64,000 nt of DNA from Dicyema japonicum (taxonomy: Eukaryota; Animalia; Dicyemida): positions 333,772 to 397,771 of the forward strand of contig RDEW01000027.1 in assembly GCA_011109175.1 (NCBI GenBank), given 5' to 3'. Of the stretch, positions 63,930-64,000 are shown in pieces. The first letter of the stretch is position 1; the number at the start of each line of letters is the position of its first letter. Both the position numbers and the translations under genes were made by a program. The notes beneath the pieces were generated by a model. It did no database searches and was not told the origin of the DNA. It worked only from the letters and a program-made list of their open reading frames with translations.

Positions 63930-64000
63930 ATGGACAGCAGCGAGATTCGAACCGGGGACCTCATGATTTTGGTTTGGAACTTATACACTGAGGCATTATG
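63930..64000 (-). pseudogene. tRNA-like relic or SINE head, possibly cut by the window edge
   Basis: GCCTCAGTG..GAGGTCCCCGGTTCGAATCTCG has a B-box, but the stems are poor. Confidence 0.25.

Overview
AT-rich eukaryotic (animal) nuclear DNA, standard genetic code, not prokaryotic. About 15 protein-coding genes can be rebuilt by hand once very short spliceosomal introns are removed (mostly 21-28 nt, GT-AG). They are CCDC137-like, ACAD9, CAPSL, TRIC/TMEM38-like, URI1, PTRHD1, MCM10, RSPH4/6, KLF6/7-like, a possible C2H2 protein, UTP4, FGFR1OP2/SIKE-like, Argonaute, RINT1 and IA-2/PTPRN-like. There are two intact tRNA genes, Arg-CCG and Ala-CGC. The micro-introns plus ciliary genes suggest a dicyemid mesozoan (inference only). 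Roughly half the window is decayed transposons: compact APE-RT LINEs (Ingi/Vingi-like architecture), CRE-like and RTE-like 3' fragments, a MULE with a 9-bp TSD, Buster-type hAT remnants and a pogo-like MITE. Most notable observations: (i) LINEs carrying a viral-type 2A/StopGo motif directly in front of the endonuclease; (ii) a covarying, G-U-rich 3' RNA hairpin shared by several otherwise divergent LINE families and by 333-bp non-autonomous derivatives; (iii) ACAD9 with Gln at the catalytic Glu position; (iv) an apparent GT-GG micro-intron in Argonaute; (v) a stray Argonaute fragment wedged between two antisense LINE tails; (vi) a miniaturised IA-2 pseudophosphatase. Many conserved genes carry single-base indels, mostly in homopolymers; these are most likely assembly errors. 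All protein identifications rest on remembered family motifs, not database searches. Boundaries of decayed elements are approximate.
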